DNA of 64,000 nucleotides from the human T2T-CHM13v2.0 reference genome, Homo sapiens: assembly GCF_009914755.1 (NCBI RefSeq), contig NC_060929.1; one strand, 5' to 3'. The first letter of the stretch is position 1, and the number at the start of each line of letters is the position of its first letter. Below are positions 28,901 to 44,100 of the stretch, piece by piece. The notes beneath the pieces were generated by a model that had not been told where the DNA came from, did no database searches, and saw only the letters and a list, made by a program, of their open reading frames with translations. A program made the translations under genes and the position numbers.

Positions 28901-29720
28901 TTCCATTCTATTCCGTACCATTCAATTCCATTCCATTCCTTTCCATTCCATGCCATTCTACTCGGGTTGATTCCATTTCATTCCATTCTATTCAGGTTGA
29001 TTCCATTCCATTTCATTCCATTATATTCCATTCCATTCCATTCCTTTCCATTCCATTCCACTCGAGTTGATTCCATTCTATACTTTTCCATTCCATTCCA
29101 TTCCCTTCCATTCCATTCGGGGTGATTCCATTCCTTTCCATTCCACTCGAATACATTCCCTTCTATTCAACTCGGAATGATTCCATTCCATTCCACTCCA
29201 TTCCATTCCATTCCATTCCATTCCATTTCGTTCCATTCCATTCTATTCCTTACCATTCCATTCCATTCCATTCCATTCCATTCCATTGCATTCCATTCCA
29301 TTGCATACCATTCCACTCGGGTTGATTCCATTCCTTTCCACTCCATTTGGGTTGAATCCATTCCATTCCATTCCATTCTATTCCATTCGATTCCATTCAA
29401 TTGCACTTGGGTTGATTCCTTTCCATTCCATTCCATTTCATTCCATTCCATTCCATTCCATTCCACCCCATTCCACTCGGGGTGATTCCATTCCATTCCA
29501 TTCCATTCCATTCCATTCCATTCCATTCCATTCCACTGTGTTTGATTCAGTTCCATTCCATTCCATTCCACGCGATTTGATTCCATTCCATCCTATTCCG
29601 TTTCATTCCATTCCACGCCATACGATTCCATTACATTCCATTCTACTCGGGTACATTGCATTCCATTCCATTGCATTCCATTCCATTCTGGTAGATTCCA
29701 TTCCATTCCATTCCATTCCA
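25990..29720 (+). repeat. ~1.5-1.6 kb tandem unit, about 2.4 copies
   Basis: ggggtgatt..cgaatacattcccttc..ttcaactcggaatga at ~26049, ~27549 and ~29119; tatcattccattcgattccattccactccc 27041/28621; ttgcac(a/g)cagattg 26691/28266. Confidence 0.85.
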
Positions 29721-32700
29721 TTCAATTACATTAGATTCCATTCCATTCCACTCGGATTGATTCCATTCCATTCCTTTCCGTTCCATTCCATTCCCTTCCA
29801 TTCCACTCGGGTTGATTCCATTCCTTTCCATTCCATTCCATTCAATTCCATTCCGTTCCATTCCATTCCATTCGGGTTGATTCTATTCAATTCTTTACAC
29901 TCCATTCCATTCCATTCCACACAATTCCATTCCATTCCATTGCTTTCCATTCCAGTCCATTCCATTCCATTCCAATTGGGTTGAATCCATTCCATTCCAT
30001 TTCGTTACATTCCATTCTATTTCGTACCATTCCATTCCATTCCATTCCATTGCATTCCCTTCCATTCCATTCCATTTGGGTTGATTCTATTCAATTCCTT
30101 TACACTCCATTCCATTCCATTCCATTCCACACAATTCCATTCCATTCCTTTCCATTCCAATTGGGTTGAATCCATTCCATTCCATTTCGTTTCATTACAT
30201 TCTATTCCGTACCATTCCATTCCATTCCATTCCTTTCCATTCCATGCCATTCCACTCGGGTTGATTCCATTCCATTCCATTCTATTCGGTTTGATTCCAT
30301 TCCATTCCATTCCATTCCTTTCCATTCCATTCCATTCCCCTCCATTCAACTCGGGTTGATTCGATTCCTTTCCATTCCACTCGATTACATTCCCTTCCAT
30401 TCCTCTCTGAATGATTCCATTCCATTCCATTGCATTCCATTCCAATCCATTCTATTCCATTCCATTCCACTCGAATTGGTTCCATTCCATTCCATTCCAT
30501 TCCATTCCATTCCATTGCATTCCAGTTGGGTTGAATCAATTTCATTCCATTTCTTTCCATTCCATTCTATTCCGTACCATTCAATTCCATTCCATTCCTT
30601 TCCATTCCATACCATTCCACTCGGGTTGATTCCATTTTATTCCATTATATTCTGGTTGATTCCATTCCATTCCATTCCATTCCATTGCACTCGAGTTGAT
30701 TCCATTCCATTCCTTTAAATTCCATTGCATTCCATTCCATTCCATTGCACTCGAGTTGATTCCATTCCATTCCATTCCAATCCATTTCGTTCCCTTCCAT
30801 TCCACTCGGGTTGATACCATTCCTTTCCATTCCATTCGATTACATTCCCTTCTATTCCACTCGGAATCATTCCACTCCATTCCATTCCATTCCATTCCAT
30901 TCCATTCCATTCCATTCCACTCTGTTTGATTCAGTTCCATTCCATTCCATTCCACGCGATTTGATTCCATTCCATTCTATTCTGTTTCATTCCATTCCAT
31001 GCCATACGATTGCATTACATTCCATTCCACTCGGGTACATTCCATTCCATTCCATTCCATTCCATTCCATTCTGGTAGATTCCATTCCATTCCATTCCAT
31101 TCCATTCCATTCCATTCCATTCCATTGCACTCGGGTTGATTCCATTCCTTTCCATTCCATTCGATTACATACCCTTCCATTCCACTCGGAATGATTCCAT
31201 TCCATTCCATTCCATTCCATTGCATTCCATTCCAATCCATTCCATTCCATTCCATTCCATTACATTACATTCCACTCGGGTACATTCCATTCCATTCCAT
31301 TCCATTCCATTCCAATTGGAATGGATTGGGTTGAGTCCATTCCATTCCATTTCGTTCCATTCCATTGTATTCCGTACCATTCCGTTCCATTCCATTCCAT
31401 TCCATTCCATTCCATTCCATGCCATTCCACTCGGGTTGATTCCTTTCAATTCCATTCCATTCGGGTTGATTATATTCCATTCCATTCCATTCCATTCCAT
31501 TCCATTCCATTCCATTCCATTCCATTGTACTCAGGTTGATTCCATTCCATTCCATTCCATTCCATTCCATTCCATTCCATTCCATTCCATTTCATTGCAT
31601 TCGGGATGATTCCATTCCATTGCATTCCATTCCATTCCATTCCATTCCATTCCACTCGGGTTGATTCCATTCCATTCCTTTCCATTCAATTCCATTCCCT
31701 TCCATTGCACTCGGGTTGATTCCATTCCTTTCCATTCCACTGGATTACATTCCCTTCCATTCCACTCAGAATGATTCCATTCAATTCCACTGCATTCCAT
31801 TCCAAACCATTCCATTCCATTCCATTCCACTCGAGTTGATTCCATTCCAATCTATTCCATTCCATTCCATTACATTCCATTCCATTTTTTTCCATTTCAT
31901 TACATTCCATTCTATTCGGGTTGATTCTATTCAATTCCTTCACACTCCATTCCATTCCATTCCATTCCATTCCACAAAATTCCATTCCATTCCATTCCAT
32001 TCCAATTGGGTTGAATCCATTTCATTCCATTTTGTTCCAGTCCATTCTAATCCATACCATTCAATTCCATTCCATTCCATTCCATTCCATTCCATGCCAT
32101 TCCACTCGGGTTGATCCCTTTTCATTCCATTCTCTTCGGGTTGATTCCATTCCATTCCATTCCATTGCACTCGAGTTCATTCCAATCCATTCCATTCCAT
32201 TCCATTCCATTCCATTCCTTTCCATTCCATGCAATTCCACTCGGGGTGATTCCATTTCATTCCATTCTATTCGCGTTGATTGCATTCCATTCCATTCCAT
32301 TCCATTCCATTCCATTCCATTGCACTAGAGTTGATTCCATTCCATTCCATTCCATTCCATTCCATTCCTTTGCATTCCATTCCACTCGGGTTGATTCCAT
32401 TCTATTCTTTTCCATTCCATTCCATTCCGTTCCATTCCTCTCGTGTTTATTCCATTCCTTTCCATTCCACTCGAATACATTCCCTTCTATTCCACTCGGA
32501 ATGATTGCACTCCATTCCATTCCATTCCATTCCATTCCATTCCATTCAAATTCACTTCGTTTCATTCCATTCTATTCCGTTCCATTCCTTTCCATTCCAT
32601 TCCATGTCATTCCACCCGGGTTGATTCCATTCCTTTCCATTCCATTCGGATTGAATCCATTCCATTCCGTTCTATTCCATTCCATTCCATTCCATTCCAT

Positions 32701-35700
32701 TGCACTCGGCTTCAGTCCATTCCATTCCATTCCATTCCACTCCATTCCATTCCATTCCACTCCATTCCATTCGGGATGATTCCATTCCATTCCATTCCAA
32801 TCCATTCCATTCCATTCCACTCTGTTTGATTCAGTTGCATTCCATTCCATTCCACGCGATTTGATTCCATTCCATTCTATTCCGTTTCATTCCATTCCAC
32901 GCCATACGATTCCATTCCATTCCACTCCATTCGGGTACATTCCATTCCATTCCATTCCATTCCATTCCATTCCATTCCATTCTGGTAGATTCCATTCCAT
33001 TCCATTCCATTCCATTCCATTCCATTCCACTCTGGTTGAATCCGATTCATTCCATTCCATTCCATTCCATTCCATTCCGTTCCATTCCATTCCATTCCTT
33101 TCCATTCCATTCCATGCCATTCCACTCGGGTTGATTCCATTCCTTTCCATTCCATTCGGATTGTATCCATTCCATTCCATTCCATTCCATTGCACTCGGC
33201 TTCATTCCATTCCATTCCATTCCATTCCACTCCATTCCATTCCATTCCACTCCATTCCATTCGGGTTGATTCCATTCCATTCCATTTCATTCCATTCCAT
33301 TCCATTCCATTCCACTCCATTCCATTCGGGATGATTCCATTCCATTCCATTCCAATCCATTCCATTCCATTCCACTCTGTTTGATTCAGTTGCATTCCAT
33401 TCCATTCCACGCGATTTGATTCCATTCCATTCTATTCCGTTTCATTCCATTCCATGCCATACGATTTCATTACATTCCATTCCACTCGGGTACATTCCAT
33501 TCCATTCCATTCCATTCCATTCCATTCCATTCAATTCAATTCTGGTAGATTCCATTCCATTCCATTCCATTCCATTCCATTCCATTCCATTCCATTCCAT
33601 TCCATTGCACTCGGGTTGATTCCATTCCTTTCCATTCCATTCGATTACATACCCTTCCATTCCACTCGGAATGATTCCATTCCATTCCATTCCATTCCAT
33701 TGCATTCCATTTCAATCCATTCCATTCCATTCCATTCCATTCCATTCCATTCCATTCCAATTGGGTTGAATCCATTCCATTCCATTTTGTTCCATTCCAT
33801 TCTTTTCCGTACCATTCCGTTCCATTCCATTCCATTCCATTCCCTATGCATGCCATTCCACTCGGGTTGATTCCTTTCAATTCCATTCCATTCGGGTTGA
33901 TTATATTCCATTCCATTCCATTTCATTCCATTCCATTCCATTCCATTCCATTGCACTCAGGTTGATTCCAGTACATTCCATTCCATTCCATTCCATTCCA
34001 TTCCATTCCATTCCATTTCATTGCATTCGGGATGATTCCATTCCATTCCATTCCATTCCATTGCATTCCATTCCATTCCATTCCACTCGGGTTGATTCCA
34101 TTCCATTCCTTTCCATTCAATTCCAGTCCCTTCCATTGCACTCGGGTTGATTCCATTCTTTTCCATTCCACTGGATTACATTCCCTTCCATTCCAGTCGG
34201 AATGATTCTATTCAATTCCACTGCATTCCATTCCAAACCATTCCATTCCATTCCATTCCACTCGAGTTGATTCCATTCCATTCTATTCCATTCCATGCCA
34301 TTACATTCCATTCCATTTTTTTGCATTTCATTACATTCCATTCTATTCGGGTTGATTCTATTCAATTCCTTCACACTCCATTCCATTCCATTCCATTCCA
34401 TTCCACACAATTCCATTCCATTCCATTCCATTACAATTGGGTTGAATCCATTTCGTTCCATTTTGTTCCAGTCCATTCTAATCCGTACCATTGAATTCCA
34501 TTCCATTCCATTCCATTCCATGCCATTCCACTCGGGTTGATCCCTTTTCATTCCATTCTCTTCGGGTTGATTCCATTCCATTCCATTCCATTCCATTGCA
34601 CTCGAGTTCATTCCAATCCATTCCATTCCATTCCATTCCATTCCATTCCATTCCATTCCATTCCTTACTTTTCCATTCCATTCCACTCGAGTTGATTCCA
34701 GTCTATTCTTTTCCATTCCATTCCATTCCCTTTCATTCCACTCGGGGTGATTCCATTCCTTTCCATTCCACTCGAATACATTCCCTTCTATTCAACTCAG
34801 AATGATTCCATTCCATTCCATTCCATTCCATTCCATTCCATTTCGTTCCATTCCATTCTATTCCCTACCATTCCATTCCATTCCATTCCATTGCATTCCA
34901 TTCCATTCCATGCCATTCCACTCGGGTTGATTCCATTCCTTTCCACTCCATTCGGGTTGAATCCATTCCATTCCATTCCATTTCATTCGATTCCATTCAA
35001 TTGGACTCGGGTTGATTCCATTCCATTCCATTCCATTTCATTCCATTCCATTCCATTCCAGTCCACTCCATTCCATTCCGTGTGATTCCATTCCATTCCA
35101 TTCCATTCCACTCTGTTTGATTCAGTTCCATTCCATTACATTCCACGTTATTTGATTCCATTCCATTTTATTCCGTTTCATTCCATTCCACGCCATAAGA
35201 TTCCATTCCATTCCATTCCACTCGGGTACATTCCATTCCATTCCATTCCATTCCATTCCATTGCACTCGGGATGATTCCATTCCATTCCATTCCATTCCA
35301 TTCCATTCCATTCCACTCCATTCCATTCCATTCCTTTCCATTCCACTCCCCTCGGATTGATTCCATTCCATTCCTTTCCATTCAATTCCATTCCCTTCCA
35401 TTCCACTCGGGTGGATTCCATTCCTTTCCATTCCACTGGATTACATTCCCTTCCATTCCACTCGGAATGATTCCATTCCATTCCATTGCATTCCATTCCA
35501 ATCCATTCCATTCCATTCCATTCCACTCGAGTTGATTCCATTCCATTCCATTCCATTCCATTCCATTCCATTCCATTCCATTCCTTTCCATTTCATTACA
35601 TTCCATTCTATTCGGTTTCATTCTATTCAATTCCTTCACACTGCATTCCATTCCATTCCACACAATTCCATTCCATTCCATTCCATTCCAATTGGGTTGA

Positions 35701-38156
35701 ATCCATTTCATTCCATTTCGTTCCAGTCCATTCTATTCCGTACCATTCAATTCCATTCCATTCCTTTCCATTCCATGCCATTCCAGTCGGGTTGATTCCT
35801 TTCATTCCATTCTCTTCGGGTTGATTCCATTCCATTCCATTCCATTGCACTTGAGTTGATTCCATTCCATTCCATTCCATTCCATTCCATTCCATTCCAT
35901 TCCTTTCCATTCCATTCCACTCGAGTTGATTCCATTCTATTGTTTTCCATTCCATTCCATTTCCTTTCATTCCACTCGGGGTGATTCCATTCCTCTCCAT
36001 TCCACTCGAATACATTCCCTTCTATTCAACTCGGAATTATTCCATTCTATTCCATTCCATTCCATTCCATTCCATTCCATTCCATTCCATTCCATTCCAT
36101 TCCATTTCGTTCCATTCCATACTGTTCCGTACCATTCCATTCCATTCCATTCCATTCCATTGCATTCCATTCCATTCCATGCCATTCCACTCGGGTTGAT
36201 TCCATTCCTTTCCACTCCATTCGGGTTGAATCCATTCCATTCCATTTCATTCCATTCGATTCCATTCAATTGCACTCAGGTTGATTCCATTCCATCCCAT
36301 TCCATTCCATTCCATTCCATTCCATTCCATTCCACTCCATTCCATTCGGGGTGATTCCATTCCATTCCATTCCATTCCATTCCATTCCATTCTGTTTGAT
36401 TCAGTTCCATTCCATTACACTCCACGCGATCTGATTCCATTCCATTCTATTCCGTTTCATTCCATTCCACTCCATAAGATTCCATTACATTCCATTCCAC
36501 TCGGGTACATTCCAGTCCATTCCATTCCATTCCATTCCATTCCATTCCATTCCATTCCATTCCATTCTGATAGATTCCATTCCATTCCATTCCATTCAAT
36601 TCCATTACATTCCATTGCACTTGGGTTGATTCCATTCCGTTCCATTCCACTCAGTTACACTCCCTTCCATTCCACTCGGGATGATTCCATTCCATTCCAT
36701 TCCATTCCATTGCATTCCATTCCAATCCATTCCATTCCATTCCATTCCATTACATTCCATTCCACTCGGGTACATTCCATTCCATTCCATTCCATTCCAT
36801 TCCATTCCAATTGGAATGGATTGGGTTGAGTCCATTCCATTCCATTTCGTTCCATTCCATTCTATTCCGTACCATTCCGTTCCATTCCATTCCATTCCAT
36901 TCCATTCCATTCCATTCCATGCCATTCCACTCGGGTTGATTCCTTTCAATTCCATTCCATTCGGGTTGATTATATTCCATTCCATTCCATTCCATTCCAT
37001 TCCATTCCATTCCATTCCATTCCATTCCATTGTACTCAGGTTGATTCCATTCCATTCCATTCCATTCCATTCCATTCCATTCCATTCCATTCCATTCCAT
37101 TTCATTGCATTCGGGATGATTCCATTCCATTGCGTTCCATTCCATTCCATTCCATTCCATTCCACTCGGGTTGATTCCATTCCATTCCTTTCCATTCAAT
37201 TCCATTCCCTTCCATTGCACTCGGGTTGATTCCATTCCTTTCCATTCCACTGGATTACATTCCCTTCCATTCCACTCAGAATGATTCCATTCAATTCCAC
37301 TGCATTCCATTCCAAACCATTCCATTCCATTCCATTCCACTCGAGTTGATTCCATTCCAATCTATTCCATTCCATTCCATTACATTCCATTCCATTTTTT
37401 TCCATTTCATTACATTCCATTCTATTCGGGTTGATTCTATTCAATTCCTTCACACTCCATTCCATTCCATTCCATTCCATTCCACAAAATTCCATTCCAT
37501 TCCAATTGGGTTGAATCCATTTCATTCCATTTTGTTCCAGTCCATTCTAATCCATACCATTCAATTCCATTCCATTCCATTCCATTCCATTCCATTCCAT
37601 GCCATTCCACTCGGGTTGATCCCTGTTCATTCCATTCTCTTCGGGTTGATTCCATTCCATTCCATTCCATTGCACTCGAGTTCATTCCAATCCATTCCAT
37701 TCCATTCCATTCCATTCCATTCCATTCCATTCCATTCCATTCCTTTCCATTCCATGCAATTCCACTCGGGGTGATTCCATTTCATTCCATTCTATTCGCG
37801 TTGATTGCATTCCATTCCATTCCATTCCATTCCATTCCATTCCATTCCATTCCATTGCACTAGAGTTGATTCCATTCCATTCCATTCCATTCCATTCCAT
37901 TCCTTTGCATTCCATTCCACTCGGGTTGATTCCATTCTATTCTTTTCCATTCCATTCCATTCCGTTCCATTCCTCTCGTGTTTATTCCATTCCTTTCCAT
38001 TCCACTCGAATACATTCCCTTCTATTCCACTCGGAATGATTGCACTCCATTCCATTCCATTCCATTCCATTCCATTCCATTCCGTTCAAATTCACTTCGT
38101 TTCATTGCATTCTATTCCGTTCCATTCCTTTCCATTCCATTCCATGCCATTCCACC
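27128..38156 (+). repeat. Copy 1 of a near-identical ~11.03 kb tandem duplication
   Basis: Identical ORF translations at a near-constant offset: 27542/38581, 28077/39116 and 30811/41850 (11039); 31531/42565 (11034); 33923/44952 (11029); 35122/46140 (11018); 36281/47294 (11013). Confidence 0.95.
31306..31325. other. Perfect 20-bp palindrome TCCATTCCAATTGGAATGGA (also at 36801-36820, 42345-42364, 47814-47833)
   Basis: The sequence equals its own reverse complement. The spacing of the four copies matches the 5.5 kb and 11 kb duplications. Confidence 0.95.
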
Positions 38157-41100
38157 CGGGTTGATTCCATTCCTTTCCATTCCACTGGATTACATTCCCT
38201 TCCATTCCAGTCGGAATGATTCCATTCAATTCCATTGCATTCCATTCCAATCCATTCCATTCCATTCCATTCCACTCAACTTGATTCCATTGCATTCCAT
38301 TCCATTCCATTCCATTCCATTCCATTCCATTCCATTCCATTTGGGTTGAATCCATTTCATTCCATTTCGTTCAATTCCATTCTATTCCGTACCATTCAAT
38401 TCCATTCCATTCCTTTCCATTCCATGCCATTCTACTCGGGTTGATTCCATTTCATTCCATTCTATTCGGGTTGATTCCATTCCATTTCATTCCATTCCAT
38501 TCCATTCCATTCCTTTCCATTCCATTCCACTCGAGTTGATTCCATTCTATTCTTTTCCATTCCATTCCATTCCCTTCCATTCAACTCGGGGTGATTACAT
38601 TCCTTTCCATTCCACTCGAATACATTCCCTTCTTTTCAACTCGGAATGAATCCATTCCATTCCACTCCATTCCATTCCATTCCATTCCACTCCATTCCAT
38701 TCCATTCCATTCCATTCCATTCCATTCCATTCCATTCCATTCCATTTCGTTCCATTCCATTCTATTCCTTACCATTCCATTCCATTCCATTCCATTCCAT
38801 TCCATTGCATTCCATTCCATTCCATACCATTCCACTCGGGTTGATTCCATTCCTTTCCACTCCATTCGGGTTGAATCCATTCCATTCCATTCTATTCCAT
38901 TCGATTCCATTCAATTGCACTTTGGTTGATTCCATTCCATTCCATTCCATTTCATTCCATTCCATTCCATTCCATTCCATTCCATTCCATTCCATTCCAT
39001 TCCACTCCATTCCATTCGGGGTGATTCCATTCCATTCCATTCCATTCCATTCCATTCCATTCCATTCCACTCTGTTTGATTCAGTTCCATTCCATTCCAT
39101 TCCATTCCACGTAATTTGATTCCATTCCATTCTATTCCCTTTCATTCCATTCCACGCCATACGATTCCATTACATTCCATTCCACTCGGGTACATTCCAT
39201 TCCATTCCATTCCACTCCATTCCATTCCATTCCATTCTGGTAGATTCCATTCCATTCCATTCCATTCCATTCCATTCCACTCCATTCTATTCCGTTACTT
39301 TCCATTGCACGCAGATTGATTCCATTCCTTTCCATTCCAGTCGATTACATTCCCTTCCATTCCACTCAGAATGATTCCGTTCCATTCCATTCCATTCCAT
39401 TCCATTGCATTCCATTCCAATGCATTGCATTCCATTCCATTCCATTCCAATTGGTTTGAATCCATTCCATTCTATTTCATTCCATTCCATTCTATTCTGT
39501 ACCTTTCCGTTCCATTCCATTCTCTTCCATTACATGCTATTCCACTCGAGTTGATTGCTTTCCATTCCATTCCATTCTGGTTGATTATATTCCATTCCGT
39601 TCCATTCCATTCCATTCCATTGCACTCAGGTTGATTCCATTCCACTCCACTAAATTCCATATCATTCCATTCGATTCCATTCCACTCCCTTCCATTCGGG
39701 ATGATTCCATTCCATTCCATTCCTTTCCATTCCATTCCACTCGGGTTGATTCCATTCCTTTCCATTCCACTGGATTACATTCCCTTCCATTCCAGTCGGA
39801 ATGATTCCATTCAATTCCATTGCATTCCATTCCAATCCATTCCATTCTATTCCATTCCACTTGACTTGATTCCATTCCATTCCATTCCATTCCATTCCAT
39901 TCCATTTGGGTTGAATCCATTTCATTCCATTTCGTTCAATTCCATTCTATTCCGTACCATTCAATTCCATTCCATTCCTTTCCATTCCATGCCATTCTAC
40001 TCGGGTTGATTCCATTTCATTCCATTCTATTCAGGTTGATTCCATTCCATTTCATTCCATTATATTCCATTCCATTCCATTCCTTTCCATTCCATTCCAC
40101 TCGAGTTGATTCCATTCTATACTTTTCCATTCCATTCCATTCCCTTCCATTCCATTCGGGGTGATTCCATTCCTTTCCATTCCACTCGAATACATTCCCT
40201 TCTATTCAACTCGGAATGATTCCATTCCATTCCACTCCATTCCATTCCATTCCATTCCATTCCATTTCGTTCCATTCCATTCTATTCCTTACCATTCCAT
40301 TCCATTCCATTCCATTCCATTCCATTGCATTCCATTCCATTGCATACCATTCCACTCGGGTTGATTCCATTCCTTTCCACTCCATTTGGGTTGAATCCAT
40401 TCCATTCCATTCCATTCTATTCCATTCGATTCCATTCAATTGCACTTGGGTTGATTCCTTTCCATTCCATTCCATTTCATTCCATTCCATTCCATTCCAT
40501 TCCACCCCATTCCACTCGGGGTGATTCCATTCCATTCCATTCCATTCCATTCCATTCCATTCCATTCCATTCCACTGTGTTTGATTCAGTTCCATTCCAT
40601 TCCATTCCACGCGATTTGATTCCATTCCATCCTATTCCGTTTCATTCCATTCCACGCCATACGATTCCATTACATTCCATTCTACTCGGGTACATTGCAT
40701 TCCATTCCATTGCATTCCATTCCATTCTGGTAGATTCCATTCCATTCCATTCCATTCCATTCAATTACATTAGATTCCATTCCATTCCACTCGGATTGAT
40801 TCCATTCCATTCCTTTCCGTTCCATTCCATTCCCTTCCATTCCACTCGGGTTGATTCCATTCCTTTCCATTCCATTCCATTCAATTCCATTCCGTTCCAT
40901 TCCATTCCATTCGGGTTGATTCTATTCAATTCTTTACACTCCATTCCATTCCATTCCACACAATTCCATTCCATTCCATTGCTTTCCATTCCAGTCCATT
41001 CCATTCCATTCCAATTGGGTTGAATCCATTCCATTCCATTTCGTTACATTCCATTCTATTTCGTACCATTCCATTCCATTCCATTCCATTGCATTCCCTT

Positions 41101-44100
41101 CCATTCCATTCCATTTGGGTTGATTCTATTCAATTCCTTTACACTCCATTCCATTCCATTCCATTCCACACAATTCCATTCCATTCCTTTCCATTCCAAT
41201 TGGGTTGAATCCATTCCATTCCATTTCGTTTCATTACATTCTATTCCGTACCATTCCATTCCATTCCATTCCTTTCCATTCCATGCCATTCCACTCGGGT
41301 TGATTCCATTCCATTCCATTCTATTCGGTTTGATTCCATTCCATTCCATTCCATTCCTTTCCATTCCATTCCATTCCCCTCCATTCAACTCGGGTTGATT
41401 CGATTCCTTTCCATTCCACTCGATTACATTCCCTTCCATTCCTCTCTGAATGATTCCATTCCATTCCATTGCATTCCATTCCAATCCATTCTATTCCATT
41501 CCATTCCACTCGAATTGGTTCCATTCCATTCCATTCCATTCCATTCCATTCCATTGCATTCCAGTTGGGTTGAATCAATTTCATTCCATTTCTTTCCATT
41601 CCATTCTATTCCGTACCATTCAATTCCATTCCATTCCTTTCCATTCCATACCATTCCACTCGGGTTGATTCCATTTTATTCCATTATATTCTGGTTGATT
41701 CCATTCCATTCCATTCCATTCCATTGCACTCGAGTTGATTCCATTCCATTCCTTTAAATTCCATTGCATTCCATTCCATTCCATTGCACTCGAGTTGATT
41801 CCATTCCATTCCATTCCAATCCATTTCGTTCCCTTCCATTCCACTCGGGTTGATACCATTCCTTTCCATTCCATTCGATTACATTCCCTTCTATTCCACT
41901 CGGAATCATTCCACTCCATTCCATTCCATTCCATTCCATTCCATTCCATTCCATTCCACTCTGTTTGATTCAGTTCCATTCCATTCCATTCCACGCGATT
42001 TGATTCCATTCCATTCTATTCTGTTTCATTCCATTCCATGCCATACGATTGCATTACATTCCATTCCACTCGGGTACATTCCATTCCATTCCATTCCATT
42101 CCATTCCATTCTGGTAGATTCCATTCCATTCCATTCCATTCCATTCCATTCCATTCCATTCCATTGCACTCGGGTTGATTCCATTCCTTTCCATTCCATT
42201 CGATTACATACCCTTCCATTCCACTCGGAATGATTCCATTCCATTCCATTCCATTCCATTGCATTCCATTCCAATCCATTCCATTCCATTCCATTCCATT
42301 ACATTACATTCCACTCGGGTACATTCCATTCCATTCCATTCCATTCCATTCCAATTGGAATGGATTGGGTTGAGTCCATTCCATTCCATTTCGTTCCATT
42401 CCATTGTATTCCGTACCATTCCGTTCCATTCCATTCCATTCCATTCCATTCCATTCCATGCCATTCCACTCGGGTTGATTCCTTTCAATTCCATTCCATT
42501 CGGGTTGATTATATTCCATTCCATTCCATTCCATTCCATTCCATTCCATTCCATTCCATTGTACTCAGGTTGATTCCATTCCATTCCATTCCATTCCATT
42601 CCATTCCATTCCATTCCATTCCATTTCATTGCATTCGGGATGATTCCATTCCATTGCATTCCATTCCATTCCATTCCATTCCATTCCACTCGGGTTGATT
42701 CCATTCCATTCCTTTCCATTCAATTCCATTCCCTTCCATTGCACTCGGGTTGATTCCATTCCTTTCCATTCCACTGGATTACATTCCCTTCCATTCCACT
42801 CAGAATGATTCCATTCAATTCCACTGCATTCCATTCCAAACCATTCCATTCCATTCCATTCCACTCGAGTTGATTCCATTCCAATCTATTCCATTCCATT
42901 CCATTACATTCCATTCCATTTTTTTCCATTTCATTACATTCCATTCTATTCGGGTTGATTCTATTCAATTCCTTCACACTCCATTCCATTCCATTCCATT
43001 CCATTCCACAAAATTCCATTCCATTCCATTCCATTCCAATTGGGTTGAATCCATTTCATTCCATTTTGTTCCAGTCCATTCTAATCCATACCATTCAATT
43101 CCATTCCATTCCATTCCATTCCATTCCATGCCATTCCACTCGGGTTGATCCCTTTTCATTCCATTCTCTTCGGGTTGATTCCATTCCATTCCATTCCATT
43201 GCACTCGAGTTCATTCCAATCCATTCCATTCCATTCCATTCCATTCCATTCCTTTCCATTCCATGCAATTCCACTCGGGGTGATTCCATTTCATTCCATT
43301 CTATTCGCGTTGATTGCATTCCATTCCATTCCATTCCATTCCATTCCATTCCATTGCACTAGAGTTGATTCCATTCCATTCCATTCCATTCCATTCCATT
43401 CCTTTGCATTCCATTCCACTCGGGTTGATTCCATTCTATTCTTTTCCATTCCATTCCATTCCGTTCCATTCCTCTCGTGTTTATTCCATTCCTTTCCATT
43501 CCACTCGAATACATTCCCTTCTATTCCACTCGGAATGATTGCACTCCATTCCATTCCATTCCATTCCATTCCATTCCATTCAAATTCACTTCGTTTCATT
43601 CCATTCTATTCCGTTCCATTCCTTTCCATTCCATTCCATGTCATTCCACCCGGGTTGATTCCATTCCTTTCCATTCCATTCGGATTGAATCCATTCCATT
43701 CCGTTCTATTCCATTCCATTCCATTCCATTCCATTGCACTCGGCTTCAGTCCATTCCATTCCATTCCATTCCACTCCATTCCATTCCATTCCACTCCATT
43801 CCATTCGGGATGATTCCATTCCATTCCATTCCAATCCATTCCATTCCATTCCACTCTGTTTGATTCAGTTGCATTCCATTCCATTCCACGCGATTTGATT
43901 CCATTCCATTCTATTCCGTTTCATTCCATTCCACGCCATACGATTCCATTCCATTCCACTCCATTCGGGTACATTCCATTCCATTCCATTCCATTCCATT
44001 CCATTCCATTCCATTCTGGTAGATTCCATTCCATTCCATTCCATTCCATTCCATTCCATTCCACTCTGGTTGAATCCGATTCATTCCATTCCATTCCATT

